From positions 124,001 through 188,000 of the IMG/VR virus record IMGVR_UViG_3300034072_000926: 64,000 bases of DNA; one strand, 5' to 3'. The notes beneath the pieces are model-generated. The model was not told the DNA's origin and ran no database searches. It saw only the letters and a list, made by a program, of their open reading frames with translations. The position numbers were made by a program, and so were the translations under genes. Below, one piece after another: positions 45,246-54,630 of this stretch; position 1 is the first letter of the stretch; each line of letters begins with the position of its first letter.

Positions 45246-47726
45246 TTAGACAGTTTGGTCTGCTACTCGACGAGTGTTCTTATTACCCTCTTCTAGTAGT
45301 CGACCAAGACGATCATTCATGCTGCGAATAGCTGCAATCTCTTCACGCATCAGTTCAGTCTGCTTTTCTGCTTGGTCCTTTATGACCTTCAAGTGGTTTG
45401 CAGAACGATCGCTATGTTCCATGATACGGCTTGTCATCTGGTCCACAGACATAGTATTCCTACCCCTCTGAGCGGGTGTAGCGTTGGCAGGCGCATTGTT
45501 GTTACGCTGAGTAGCCTGCTGTGCTGCGGCGCTCTGTGGGTTCTGCTGTTGCGGCTTACGGACCTGTTCAGGCGCCGGTGTCTTTGCAGCATTGGTTGGC
45601 TTCTTGATATCGTCTGCGCCAAAAATAGCATCTGCCAATAGATCACCAGCTTTGTAACCGGCCATACCGCCTGCGACGCCAGTTGCTGCACTCGCGATAC
45701 CGCCACCAAAAATACCACCAGCGAGACCGCCGATCGCACCGCCGCCGATACGAAGTGAAGACTTGGCGGCGTTCTTCCAAGACATCTCTTTGTTACCAGT
45801 TAGATAATCCAAGCCTTCGAACATACCACCAACGAGCGCGTTCTTACCAAGAGCCTTATATGGAATGGCTTTGAGTAAGCCACCGGCGCTGCCTAGAGCC
45901 CCTCGTCCACCCTTCATCAACTGGCTCAAAATGGTATTACCTGCGCCAGTTCCTGCTCCGCCTGCACCTGCCGGCGGAAGCCCTCGTTGAGCGCGGATAA
46001 TGTCTGTTGCACTAGCAGGAGCGCCTCGACCCAATGCACCCGCTGCTCCGGCACCAGCTGCACCCCGACCTGCTGCGCCTGCGGCTCCACGACCCAAACC
46101 TGCTAATGCAGCACCGTTTCGGCCCATCTTAATAGCACCAAGAGTAAGGGCAAGAGCACCAAGACCCAAACCAACATTAGATACAATGCTTGGCCACTTC
46201 TGTAAGCCATTGATTGCATCATTGATACTCCTGATACCATTGATCAGAGAGTTTGTCATTTCGCCGATCTTCACACCATAGTTGGTTAGAATCGAATTAG
46301 CCAAAGTATCAAGAGCACTGTTGACCGCCGCCACAGCTTCGCGGTCAATCATTTCCTTGTCAAGAACAGGAGCAGCGGTCGGATCTGCTTTCTTGTTCGG
46401 ATCAAGATTGGCACGGAAAATACCACCCTGATTGAAAGTCTGAACAGCTTCCTGATAACCAGAACTTAGAGAGTCTGAGCCGCCAATAGCCAACCTAGTC
46501 AGCATATTGCGTCTTGGATCTGCCCTCATACGATCAGCGGCAGCATTTGCTTGAGCACCTAGTGTCCTAGCATCAATAGCATTACCAGTTTTAACCTGAT
46601 TAGCAATGTTCTCAAGAAGCTTTGCCATTTCAGGATTGATAGCTGCAATTTCAGCTGAACGCTTAGTTGTAATTGCACCATTGGCAATAAACTCCTTGAG
46701 CATCTGCTGACCAGCATCACCAAATTGCTTACCTGCTAGTCCTAGAGCAGAATCAAGCGCATTCTTATTCAGATTCATTGTCTGAATCAATGCTGTTAGA
46801 TTCGCATCAGCGGCGCTATTCTTAGCAGCTTCCAATGCTTCCTTACGGGTCATACCGAGGATGTGAGCCGTCTCGTCACTAGATGCAACCAACTGTTCAA
46901 TACCACTTGCCATCTGACGAGTAGTTAGATTCTGTAGATTACCCTGCTTGCCCGCGATGTCAACGAAAGCAGCAATTGCATCCTGACGACCTTCAAAGCT
47001 CACACCAAGCTCACGAGTTAGCTTTGCAGAGGTATTGAGAGTCTGAGTCAGAGATGCCCACTTCATGGCACCTAGCTTCCTCGCAGACTCTGAACCCTGA
47101 TCCATTGCCAAAGCGAGTTCACGAGTGCTCATTGCCGCAGAGTTAGCAGCATTGTTCATCTGCTGGATAGAACCAACAGATCCCTCAGATGCCATTAGGG
47201 TGCGGTAGTCTTCGGCCTTATCATCGATGTAGCCATTGATCTTATCAAACGCGCCGCCGAAGAGCGCGCCCATACCACCAAGGATACCGCCACTCTTAAT
47301 GGAACTGAAGAAGCCATCCATCTTCTTCGTGCCATCACTCAGCTTATTGGAGAATGAGTCTAGTCGCTGACCAAATGTCCTCGAGTAGCCACCTAGTTCA
47401 TCATTATACGCCTTGATGTCGTTCTGAGCATCTTGGAGTTCTTTGATGATAGTGCCACGAGGTTGCTGTCCGCCGACAGACTTCTGTTCACGAACTTCTT
47501 TGAAAGGATCTTCGGTGCGCCACTGACGCCAAAACTCGTCAATGAACTTCTTTGGCTCAACTGGCTTTGTGGGATCTTTGTTGTCCATCTGCCTGCCGAG
47601 GGCAGACATAATGGTGCGAATCTTGGCAAGCTCAGTGTTAGTGAGCTGGTCACCCTTCGTCTTGTCTAGTCGATCTCCAAGGTTTTCGAACAGCGTCTTA
47701 AGTTGTTCGATATCAAAATCAGCCAT
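45246..47726 (-). CDS. Tape-measure-like protein
   Basis: Long Ala/Gly-rich helical protein with hydrophobic GxxxG segments; start MADFDIE after AGGGGAG; TAAATA at 47749-47754. Confidence 0.6.
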   Translation of the reverse strand: MADFDIEQLKTLFENLGDRLDKTKGDQLTNTELAKIRTIMSALGRQMDNKDPTKPVEPKKFIDEFWRQWRTEDPFKEVREQKSVGGQQPRGTIIKELQDAQNDIKAYNDELGGYSRTFGQRLDSFSNKLSDGTKKMDGFFSSIKSGGILGGMGALFGGAFDKINGYIDDKAEDYRTLMASEGSVGSIQQMNNAANSAAMSTRELALAMDQGSESARKLGAMKWASLTQTLNTSAKLTRELGVSFEGRQDAIAAFVDIAGKQGNLQNLTTRQMASGIEQLVASSDETAHILGMTRKEALEAAKNSAADANLTALIQTMNLNKNALDSALGLAGKQFGDAGQQMLKEFIANGAITTKRSAEIAAINPEMAKLLENIANQVKTGNAIDARTLGAQANAAADRMRADPRRNMLTRLAIGGSDSLSSGYQEAVQTFNQGGIFRANLDPNKKADPTAAPVLDKEMIDREAVAAVNSALDTLANSILTNYGVKIGEMTNSLINGIRSINDAINGLQKWPSIVSNVGLGLGALALTLGAIKMGRNGAALAGLGRGAAGAAGRGAAGAGAAGALGRGAPASATDIIRAQRGLPPAGAGGAGTGAGNTILSQLMKGGRGALGSAGGLLKAIPYKALGKNALVGGMFEGLDYLTGNKEMSWKNAAKSSLRIGGGAIGGLAGGIFGGGIASAATGVAGGMAGYKAGDLLADAIFGADDIKKPTNAAKTPAPEQVRKPQQQNPQSAAAQQATQRNNNAPANATPAQRGRNTMSVDQMTSRIMEHSDRSANHLKVIKDQAEKQTELMREEIAAIRSMNDRLGRLLEEGNKNTRRVADQTV

Positions 47727-47815
47727 GGCGCTCCCCTGTTGTCTTTGATATTTAGCACCCTGAAAACTGCGCACTTTAACGGTAGATAAGTAGCTATATA
47801 GATTAGGAGAGTTCC

Positions 47816-48658
47816 ATGGCGAATACCAACCCACTAGCCCAATATTTCAGGACTCCAGGTGTCCATCAGGCAATTCCAACCGGTGGCCAGTTCTTTGGCG
47901 AAGGTGAAATTGATCTCGCGATCAATGGAGAAGTTGCGGTTCTGCCTATGACTGCCGGAGACGAAATCATTCTCAAGAATCCAGACGCACTCTTGAACGG
48001 CGATGCTCTCGAGCGTCTCTTTAGGTCTTGCGTTCCAGCCATCAAGAATCCTCGTAAGATCAGCGTTCCTGATCTTGACGTCTTGCTTCTTGCAATCAAG
48101 CTGGCCAGTTTCGGCGACGCTCTTGAGATCAACGTCACATGTCCAAAGTGCAAGAAAGAGTTTGAGACCGCTGCGAGCATTCGTGGTCTTCTGAGCACAG
48201 TTAGGGAAATCGACCCCATGGAAGCGGTTGTTCGTATTTCCGACGAAGTGGTCGTAAACGTAAGGCCCTACGACTTTGAAAGCAAGACCAAGTTGGATCT
48301 AGCGACCTTCGAAGAGGCAAAACTTTATCAGTATCTCGTTGATGCAGAAATGGACGATGCTGAGAAGACCAAACGCTTCAATCAATCGTTTGAGAAGATC
48401 GCCGGATTGAATCTAGATCTGATCGCAGAGTGCATTACCAAGGTCTCTGTTCCAGACGCAGATGTTATGGATCCAGAGTTCATCCGTGAGTTTATCCGTA
48501 ACTCAGATAAGAATTCAGTCAAGCTAATTCGTGATTGTCTCGCAAAGCTCTCTGATAGCGGCATTGAGAAGGAAATGGATATGGTATGTCCCAATGAGGA
48601 ATGCCAGCATGAATGGAAGACCCCTTTGGTCTTCGATCCTAGCCATTTTTTCGAATAA
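47816..48658 (+). CDS. Baseplate hub protein, T4 gp26-like
   Basis: NPLAQYFR, VLPMTAGDEI.LKNPDALLNG, DLDVLLLAIKLASFG, CPKC...CPNEEC. Confidence 0.75.
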   Translation: MANTNPLAQYFRTPGVHQAIPTGGQFFGEGEIDLAINGEVAVLPMTAGDEIILKNPDALLNGDALERLFRSCVPAIKNPRKISVPDLDVLLLAIKLASFGDALEINVTCPKCKKEFETAASIRGLLSTVREIDPMEAVVRISDEVVVNVRPYDFESKTKLDLATFEEAKLYQYLVDAEMDDAEKTKRFNQSFEKIAGLNLDLIAECITKVSVPDADVMDPEFIREFIRNSDKNSVKLIRDCLAKLSDSGIEKEMDMVCPNEECQHEWKTPLVFDPSHFFE

Positions 48659-48663
48659 GGCTC

Positions 48664-48882
48664 TTGAGCACTCCAGCTGAAGAGGTCATGGATTTACTTC
48701 AGGAGTATGCGGACGAGGCAAGAGCCCTTGAGAAAAGCCTGATTAGAATCGCCTGGTATATGAGAGGATCAGTTGATCTCGATGCTGCGTATAGGATGAC
48801 ATACCGTCAAAGGAAGATGTCGATGGCTTTGATTGAAGAGAACCTAGATAATACCAGCAAGACCGGTATTATGATGCATTAA
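48664..48882 (+). CDS. Baseplate hub assembly protein, gp51-like
   Basis: AWYMRGSVDLDAAYRMT motif; follows the gp26-like gene. Confidence 0.55.
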   Translation: MSTPAEEVMDLLQEYADEARALEKSLIRIAWYMRGSVDLDAAYRMTYRQRKMSMALIEENLDNTSKTGIMMH

Positions 48883-49259
48883 AGGGCACCATGCTCTAGG
48901 TAGATACCGGCAAGATTGGAATCGCGAAGAACATGCCTAAACTCAAGTTCAATACCCTGCGAGAGTTGCTTGAACTGTTCGAAAAGGGTGGCAAGCACCT
49001 GGTTATTGATCTTCCAAAGACCCTGCGCCTGGTTGATAGCCAACTTGCTATCACCGATGATGACACACTTCTGAATGCCATTATCCTTGGCCCAGACGAC
49101 TGCCCAGATCAAAGCTGACCATTCCGCAATATTGTTGGTCCCCTGGCCGAGGTTCTTCATTGTAAGAGCTTCGGCCTTTTCATTTGGCCTGCAGATTACA
49201 ATGCAGGAACTCATCTTCCCTGGGTTGGGCGCACATCCGCCGTCAAAGTAAATTTCCAT
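48879..49259 (-). CDS. Ribonuclease HI
   Basis: YFDGG..PNPG, TNNIAEWSAL, IGDSKL, RHVLRDSNLA. Confidence 0.88.
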   Translation of the reverse strand: MEIYFDGGCAPNPGKMSSCIVICRPNEKAEALTMKNLGQGTNNIAEWSALIWAVVWAKDNGIQKCVIIGDSKLAINQAQGLWKINNQVLATLFEQFKQLSQGIELEFRHVLRDSNLAGIYLEHGAL

Positions 49260-49295
49260 ATCGCAAACTTAACATCCTGACTAAAAAAGTCAATC

Positions 49296-50412
49296 AGTCG
49301 TAATGCTTCCAGCCGTTATGAATTTGTATGATTCGATCTACAATCGCCTACAGCTTTGCTGTAGGGACTACGGTGTTTATCCATGTTGGACAAGCCAACA
49401 TGTCTGCACACCTTCGCATTTACCTTCGGTTGAACGCTAGAACTTAAAATAGATTATATGGTCATATCATGAAACATAATGCGATTGATATGGGTTCTAA
49501 GAACTCAGGACATATATGTGATGTAAAATAAGTGCTCAGGTTCCCTGAAGCACTTCGGACTTGCGTCGCAGAGCAAGCAAGGCCGTTTAATTTGTAAGTA
49601 ATATTCTATAATCTTCCAGTCACACTGACTTCCCCCGTTCCCGGGAGAAGGTCAAAAAATATATGAAATGTTTGTATTTTCACAATATGACTGGTGTGGA
49701 CAATTCGAAGGATCCTAGGTCTGCCATTATATCCTGCACCTTTTCAGTGCTCATTGCCGCTTCTTTGATACTAACCCACCAGCTGGTGTAGCTTTCTCTA
49801 CAGGACGGTCTGAAGGTCGTAACACCTTCAACTCAACGCTTCCTTTGCTCACACCAGCGGCTCAGGAAGCTTGCTTTCTACTTTTCATAGAAAGTCTAGT
49901 CTTTGACTAGGGCATCCCACTGTTTGGTTCAGTTCGGGATCTACCTAGGTTTCCGCGGTTGAAAATTACCACTTACCAAATCAGATCTACTGATTCGTTA
50001 AGCCCGCTCGGGGTTTGAAATAGTTTAGAAAGCCACTCCTAAAACTTCTTCCACTTTCCCGACCCTAGCCGCGCCCAAATCCGCGGGGAGGGGGTTAGAG
50101 GGCATGATCTGCCAACTCATGTGCTTTTTACATATGTTGCCAACCAACGGCGGGATAAATACATATGCCACAAAGCGTTTATTAAATTTGGGTTTGGTGT
50201 TTGTATCTGTGGGGATATAAAGAGGTCTAAATTTTGCGCTGTATGCCCGGGTTGGAGACTTATACTCCTCCCGGGCTATTTTTATGGTTTGTAAAAGCTA
50301 TAAAGTAGAATCTGCATTCCGTTAAGGATATTTATAAGCAGACTTAATCGTCAAAACGATTACGAATCAGCTACATCTGATTTCGATCTAGGAGCCAGAA
50401 AAACTGGCTCCT
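49296..50412 (-). ncRNA. Unclassified large structured non-coding region (ncRNA and/or replication origin)
   Basis: About 1.1 kb with no ORF of 60 aa or more; more than 10 inverted repeats; TATAAATA on the minus strand at 50329-50336 and TAAATA on the plus strand at 50156-50161. Confidence 0.5.
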
Positions 50413-50417
50413 TTAAC

Positions 50418-51245
50418 TTAATACGACTTTCTCTTCGCAATTGCAAATATTTGTCCAGTCTTTGGACGATCAACATCTGCATAACGGATCAAATAGGGTG
50501 TCTGACTGTTGCGGATTTCACACACCCAAGGAGTAGACGCGATTGCTTCAACGCCACCCTGCTGATGCAACAGTAGGAAGTTCCAGTGGTTGTTGGATTC
50601 CAGATTGTAACCGTCGATGACCAGAGGGTTTTCGGAATATGGATGATAGATGTGAGTCTGATCCTTGGACTCGATAAAGCGAACATCGTTGAGGATGCTG
50701 CGAGGCATCTGAAGATGACGCTTCGTCACCATATCATGCTGGACCAGAAGGTCGATTGGCTTGCTGTAGAGATCCTGCTCGCCGAACGCATCTTCATTGC
50801 GCTTGATCAGCTTACCTGATTGTTCCTTGTAGAACTCGAGAATCAAGGTCGCCATATACTTGCGAACAGTAGGATGGATGAGAGCAGGAGAACCGGCGAC
50901 GCTCATAATGTTGAACATGCGCTCGTTGAGGAAACGTTCACCCTTAGTATCGCGTCCGAGAAGCATCTTGCGGTGAGGTTCGAGATCACTGGGAAGAGGA
51001 GCATCTTCCTTGGCACGTTCATAGGGCTTCAAAGAATGACCACCGTAGGCCAACGCAGACCACAGGTTTTCCCAATCCTTATGGAGGGCTAAGAGCGTCT
51101 CAGGGAATGTGCGAGCACGAGGTCCGAGACCTTCGACCAGAGCATTATAGTAGCCCAGCTCTTGCTTCATGAATTCTTTGAAGCGGATTTTGTCTGTTGG
51201 ATGGACATCGACCATCTCAATAATTTCTCGGAATCGCGTCTGCAT
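50418..51245 (-). CDS. TnpB/Cas12-like WED-REC protein apparently lacking RuvC
   Basis: VHPTDKIRFKEFMKQELGYYNAL resembles the TnpB motif LYPTxxQxxxLxxxxGxxRxxYN; IHPTVRKYMATLILEFYK resembles SQxLQQxLxDLxxAFK; no IGIDLG RuvC-I motif. Confidence 0.4.
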   Translation of the reverse strand: MQTRFREIIEMVDVHPTDKIRFKEFMKQELGYYNALVEGLGPRARTFPETLLALHKDWENLWSALAYGGHSLKPYERAKEDAPLPSDLEPHRKMLLGRDTKGERFLNERMFNIMSVAGSPALIHPTVRKYMATLILEFYKEQSGKLIKRNEDAFGEQDLYSKPIDLLVQHDMVTKRHLQMPRSILNDVRFIESKDQTHIYHPYSENPLVIDGYNLESNNHWNFLLLHQQGGVEAIASTPWVCEIRNSQTPYLIRYADVDRPKTGQIFAIAKRKSY

Positions 51246-51328
51246 ATATGCTCCTTTGTGTAAGGCTTATCATGCTGCAAAGCGGTCACCTATGTCACTA
51301 AATATCAGACTATAATTAGGAGACCATA

Positions 51329-51868
51329 ATGACCTCTAAGGCCAAAGCCAAGGGAAACGCTTGGGAACTAGCGATTTGTAAGTTCCTCGGTGAAACTCTG
51401 GGCGGAAATTTCCAGCGCGTTCCCAACTCGGGTGCATACATGGGCGGTAAGAACTCCTACCGTAAAGAATACCTCAGTGACACTCAGCAGCGCGCTGCGA
51501 AGGGCGATATCATCCCACCTGATGATTTGCCAAAGCTGAACATCGAAGCGAAGAACTACGCTGATATCGCGTTCCATCAGATCATTGATGGCAATTGCAA
51601 ACAGCTTGACGGATGGATTGATCAGACTGAAGAACCCGCCGATGCTGATGATTTCTCGCTGACAATTTTCAAGATCACCCGTAAGGGCAGCTGGGTAGCA
51701 TTCAAGACTGAATTCCAGGATAAGGTCGATCTAACTGGACTTTCTTATGTGATCTACCGCAAGGCATTCGGCACTGAAAAAGCCTGCGATTATGTGATTG
51801 TTTCGCACGAACCGTTCTTTACTCAGAACAAGGGTGCTGTTCGTAAGCTAGGTGGTGCAGATAATTGA
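51329..51868 (+). CDS. Holliday junction resolvase, Hjc-type PD-(D/E)XK
   Basis: KAKGNAWE, RVPNSGAY, GDIIPP, IEAKNY; TAAATA at 51299-51304. Confidence 0.8.
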   Translation: MTSKAKAKGNAWELAICKFLGETLGGNFQRVPNSGAYMGGKNSYRKEYLSDTQQRAAKGDIIPPDDLPKLNIEAKNYADIAFHQIIDGNCKQLDGWIDQTEEPADADDFSLTIFKITRKGSWVAFKTEFQDKVDLTGLSYVIYRKAFGTEKACDYVIVSHEPFFTQNKGAVRKLGGADN

Positions 51869-51889
51869 CAATGAGTCAATAGCGCCGCT

Positions 51890-51928
51890 ACAAAGAGAGC
51901 TGTCCTAAGGGACGGCTTTCTTTTTGGA
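51890..51928 (+). terminator. Intrinsic terminator-like hairpin
   Basis: GAGAGCTGTCC-TAAG-GGACGGCTTTC followed by TTTTT. Confidence 0.55.
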
Positions 51929-51934
51929 GTTTTC

Positions 51935-52255
51935 ATGAGCAAACTTAGCCTCAAGACATTGGTTCGGAAGAACCTGCCCTATGGGAAGTTCAAGTTCATG
52001 GTCCTCTTGGCTCGCGATCAGCATCGCACCTATAATTGCCTCAGCAATGCTTCGAAAATAGAGGAACTTCGGACCCTTCTGCGAACAACCTGTAAGGGAC
52101 AACATCGTTTGGATTGGGAAACCAACAGTAGAGGTCGTCGTGTTTATACGCACCTCTACCTGACAGATTCTATGGACCTCGCTATGGTCAAACTTGTGCA
52201 TCACAATAAGCTGCACAAGATGTATAAGATCAAGGTTGAACCGAAGCCCGAATGA
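51935..52255 (+). CDS. Small-protein family member
   Basis: GGAG RBS; LYLTDSMDLAMVKL. Confidence 0.7.
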   Translation: MSKLSLKTLVRKNLPYGKFKFMVLLARDQHRTYNCLSNASKIEELRTLLRTTCKGQHRLDWETNSRGRRVYTHLYLTDSMDLAMVKLVHHNKLHKMYKIKVEPKPE

Positions 52256-52460
52256 ATTTTAGGGTTCTATCGAAATGAATCCTTAGTTCGAAGATGACCT
52301 GAAGGTCATTGGTAAAGATGCTGTTTTCGATATAATGCAGGCCATCATATGAACGTGAAGCGAGCCAATCCTTGGCTCGCTTCATTGCTTGATGATCATG
52401 AAACTGCGCTTGGTAGCGCGTATTGTTGTGAAACTTATTCAGCGTTTCCTGATACTTCAT
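52230..52460 (-). CDS. Small hypothetical protein
   Basis: Probable start MKYQETL overlapping the upstream gene. Confidence 0.5.
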   Translation of the reverse strand: MKYQETLNKFHNNTRYQAQFHDHQAMKRAKDWLASRSYDGLHYIENSIFTNDLQVIFELRIHFDRTLKFIRASVQP

Positions 52461-52788
52461 CGAGATTATCCGTATGCTGTTCCACCCGGTCGAACAGCGT
52501 AGCAAATTCCTCGTGATTCTGGAGTTTCCACATGAGAAGGATGCCGGAGCTCTTGAGGTAAACCTCGACTTCGCCAGTCCTGGGGTGCGTCTGCACCATC
52601 CAATCCACGTTCTCTTCTCCGACCTCTCGACGCAGGCGCTTGGTAATGCGCGACCGCTGGTCGATGGCCGTAATCACGTCAGTTGTGCCAGCGAGAACGG
52701 CCCGGTGTGTGAAGCCCGAAAACATTGTCTCAGCATCCCAATCGGCATCATACCGATTGACTTTGATAATTTCAAGCTTGCTGCTCAT
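52435..52788 (-). CDS. Small-protein family member
   Basis: GGAG RBS; TAAATA at 52801-52806; VYLKSSGILLMWKL. Confidence 0.65.
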   Translation of the reverse strand: MSSKLEIIKVNRYDADWDAETMFSGFTHRAVLAGTTDVITAIDQRSRITKRLRREVGEENVDWMVQTHPRTGEVEVYLKSSGILLMWKLQNHEEFATLFDRVEQHTDNLDEVSGNAE

Positions 52789-52840
52789 CGCTTACTCCTA
52801 TATTTAACCATTCTGTGTTTTAGCATAGGACAGGTTAATG

Positions 52841-53113
52841 TCAAAGGAAATAAAGCTTGAACATGATAGCCTTCAGCCTGGGACAGCGGATAGCATAATC
52901 GGGCTGGATGTTTCCACCACCCCTTGAGATCATAACGATCTTCCAGTCTGTTCCCTCTGCGCCGATTGTTTCTTCACTCCATATCCTGAAACGCCTACGA
53001 AGTGTGGGTCGTCGTCGCGCTTTCCGCTTTGCCGTAGAATCAGTCGGAGGGAACCATGTCAAGATGGCTTTATGTTTGGAGGCAGGTATAATGAGATCAA
53101 CCGAGTCGACCAT
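52841..53113 (-). CDS. Small-protein family member
   Basis: Probable start MVDSVDL; ends AIMFKLYFL. Confidence 0.55.
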   Translation of the reverse strand: MVDSVDLIIPASKHKAILTWFPPTDSTAKRKARRRPTLRRRFRIWSEETIGAEGTDWKIVMISRGGGNIQPDYAIRCPRLKAIMFKLYFL

Positions 53114-53327
53114 GCCATGACATCTTGAATAGAATGAAATCTTTGGTCTCTCGGAAACAAATCCATTTCTGATGGCGTTCATCAGATATCGCAGTCCAAC
53201 GCCATTTGCCCGATGAAACACTCATATCTCTCTGGCCTAGCGTTGTATTCAGCCAGGCAAACATTTCGCTATAGAGATCATCCTCTAAGAACGTATCAAA
53301 GGGATAGCGGTGTTTCCAGCCTGACAT
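53097..53327 (-). CDS. Small-protein family member
   Basis: WICFRETKDFILFKMSW. Confidence 0.65.
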   Translation of the reverse strand: MSGWKHRYPFDTFLEDDLYSEMFAWLNTTLGQRDMSVSSGKWRWTAISDERHQKWICFRETKDFILFKMSWHGRLG

Positions 53328-53346
53328 ATAGGCTGGATAGCATATT

Positions 53347-53553
53347 TTAGAGCCAAGTCAACTTGAACAACATGGCATCAGACTCTTTCTCGAAATAGAT
53401 ATAATCCTGTCCATCTATGGTTGTGATGGAATGTCTGATACCTTTGGTGGAGAACCAAGTATGAATCTCTTTCTTGAGGACGCACTTATAGCGACCCCTA
53501 ATGACTTGCCATTCCCACATCTCTAAATTCTTAATAGGTAGGATCATAGCCAC
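53347..53553 (-). CDS. Small-protein family member
   Basis: YIYFEKESDAMLFKLTWL. Confidence 0.7.
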   Translation of the reverse strand: MAMILPIKNLEMWEWQVIRGRYKCVLKKEIHTWFSTKGIRHSITTIDGQDYIYFEKESDAMLFKLTWL

Positions 53554-53777
53554 TCTAATTTGAAACGGATTGCATCAGCACGTCTGGCAAAATACACAAC
53601 CGTCTCACCTTCTTCAATATAATGATCCCAACACCAACGATCACAACCAAGAGCTGAACCCATAGTATCATGAGCCCATAGTCTGAAATCGGTTGATAGG
53701 ACAAGATCAAATGAAGACTTACTGAAAACGCCAGCCTTCATCCAAGCAGAACGAGTGCTATGAACGGCGATCAACGA
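53544..53777 (-). CDS. Small-protein family member (start uncertain)
   Basis: [18 protein letters not shown]; the N-terminal part of the track ORF overlaps the radical SAM gene. Confidence 0.6.
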   Translation of the reverse strand, partial: SLIAVHSTRSAWMKAGVFSKSSFDLVLSTDFRLWAHDTMGSALGCDRWCWDHYIEEGETVVYFARRADAIRFKLEWL

Positions 53778-54630
53778 ACATTCCACACGAGGCTTTGACG
53801 TCGAATCCGACGCGAGGTACGATACGGCTGCTCGGATGACCGAACGCAGAGGAAAGGTAGTCGAAGTTCCGTTGCAGAACTTCCTCACTAGGTTCCTTAC
53901 CTTGAGCACTGCTGAAAGGATTGTATCGGACAAGATTGAACTTTACATCTAGGTTTCGAACCAAGATAGCCATAATGATTTCTTCGAGAGTTTCCAAGTC
54001 ATCATTCTCACCCTCAATGAAAGCCCAATGCAACGTCAGGAGTTGTCCTGTCTTCTGTTGCCATTCGACCATCTTCCAAAGAGCTTCATGAGGGTTCATG
54101 GCCTTTGGTAGCCAACGCTTGCGGAAGTGTTCCTTGAGGCTATAGAGGGAGTAATAGATCTGAGCACCCGAGTCTCCAAAAACGTCATAGAGTGAACGTT
54201 CTTCCATCTCCTCGGGCATAATCGTGCTGATGTTATATTTGGCCACTAACGCATGTTGTTCTGCAATGCCCTGTAAGGGTTTCTTAACGCCCTCCCAGTC
54301 ATTTAGCACGTTGGGGTTAGCAAGCGGTTCGCCGCGCGCCATGAAGTTGTAGTTAACCCTGTGGGCATCATCGATCTCTCGATAATGACGGAACACCTGC
54401 AAGGCTTGGAGTTCATATTCCTCCTTGCTTGCAGGTGTCATCATAGTCTGACGAGTTTGCGTCAGATGACAAAAACGACAAGCCTTATTACAGCCGGAAT
54501 GACTCGATAGATAGGCGATGAAGTAATCTTGCTCACGCCTAACATAACGAGCTTCGAGTGCCCCACCATCTTGATGAGGCACCACGAAGTTAACACTCGA
54601 GTCTTCCGAACTGTATAGGACTTCAGTCAT
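53758..54630 (-). CDS. RlmN/Cfr-like radical SAM enzyme
   Basis: [13 protein letters not shown] (CxxxCxxC), [30 protein letters not shown]. Confidence 0.82.
   Translation of the reverse strand: MTEVLYSSEDSSVNFVVPHQDGGALEARYVRREQDYFIAYLSSHSGCNKACRFCHLTQTRQTMMTPASKEEYELQALQVFRHYREIDDAHRVNYNFMARGEPLANPNVLNDWEGVKKPLQGIAEQHALVAKYNISTIMPEEMEERSLYDVFGDSGAQIYYSLYSLKEHFRKRWLPKAMNPHEALWKMVEWQQKTGQLLTLHWAFIEGENDDLETLEEIIMAILVRNLDVKFNLVRYNPFSSAQGKEPSEEVLQRNFDYLSSAFGHPSSRIVPRVGFDVKASCGMFVDRRS

Noticed and set aside
45960-46120. GC-rich short repeats (GCACC/GCTCC)
   Set aside because: They encode the Gly/Ala linker of the tape-measure-like protein; no spacer-repeat periodicity, so not CRISPR.
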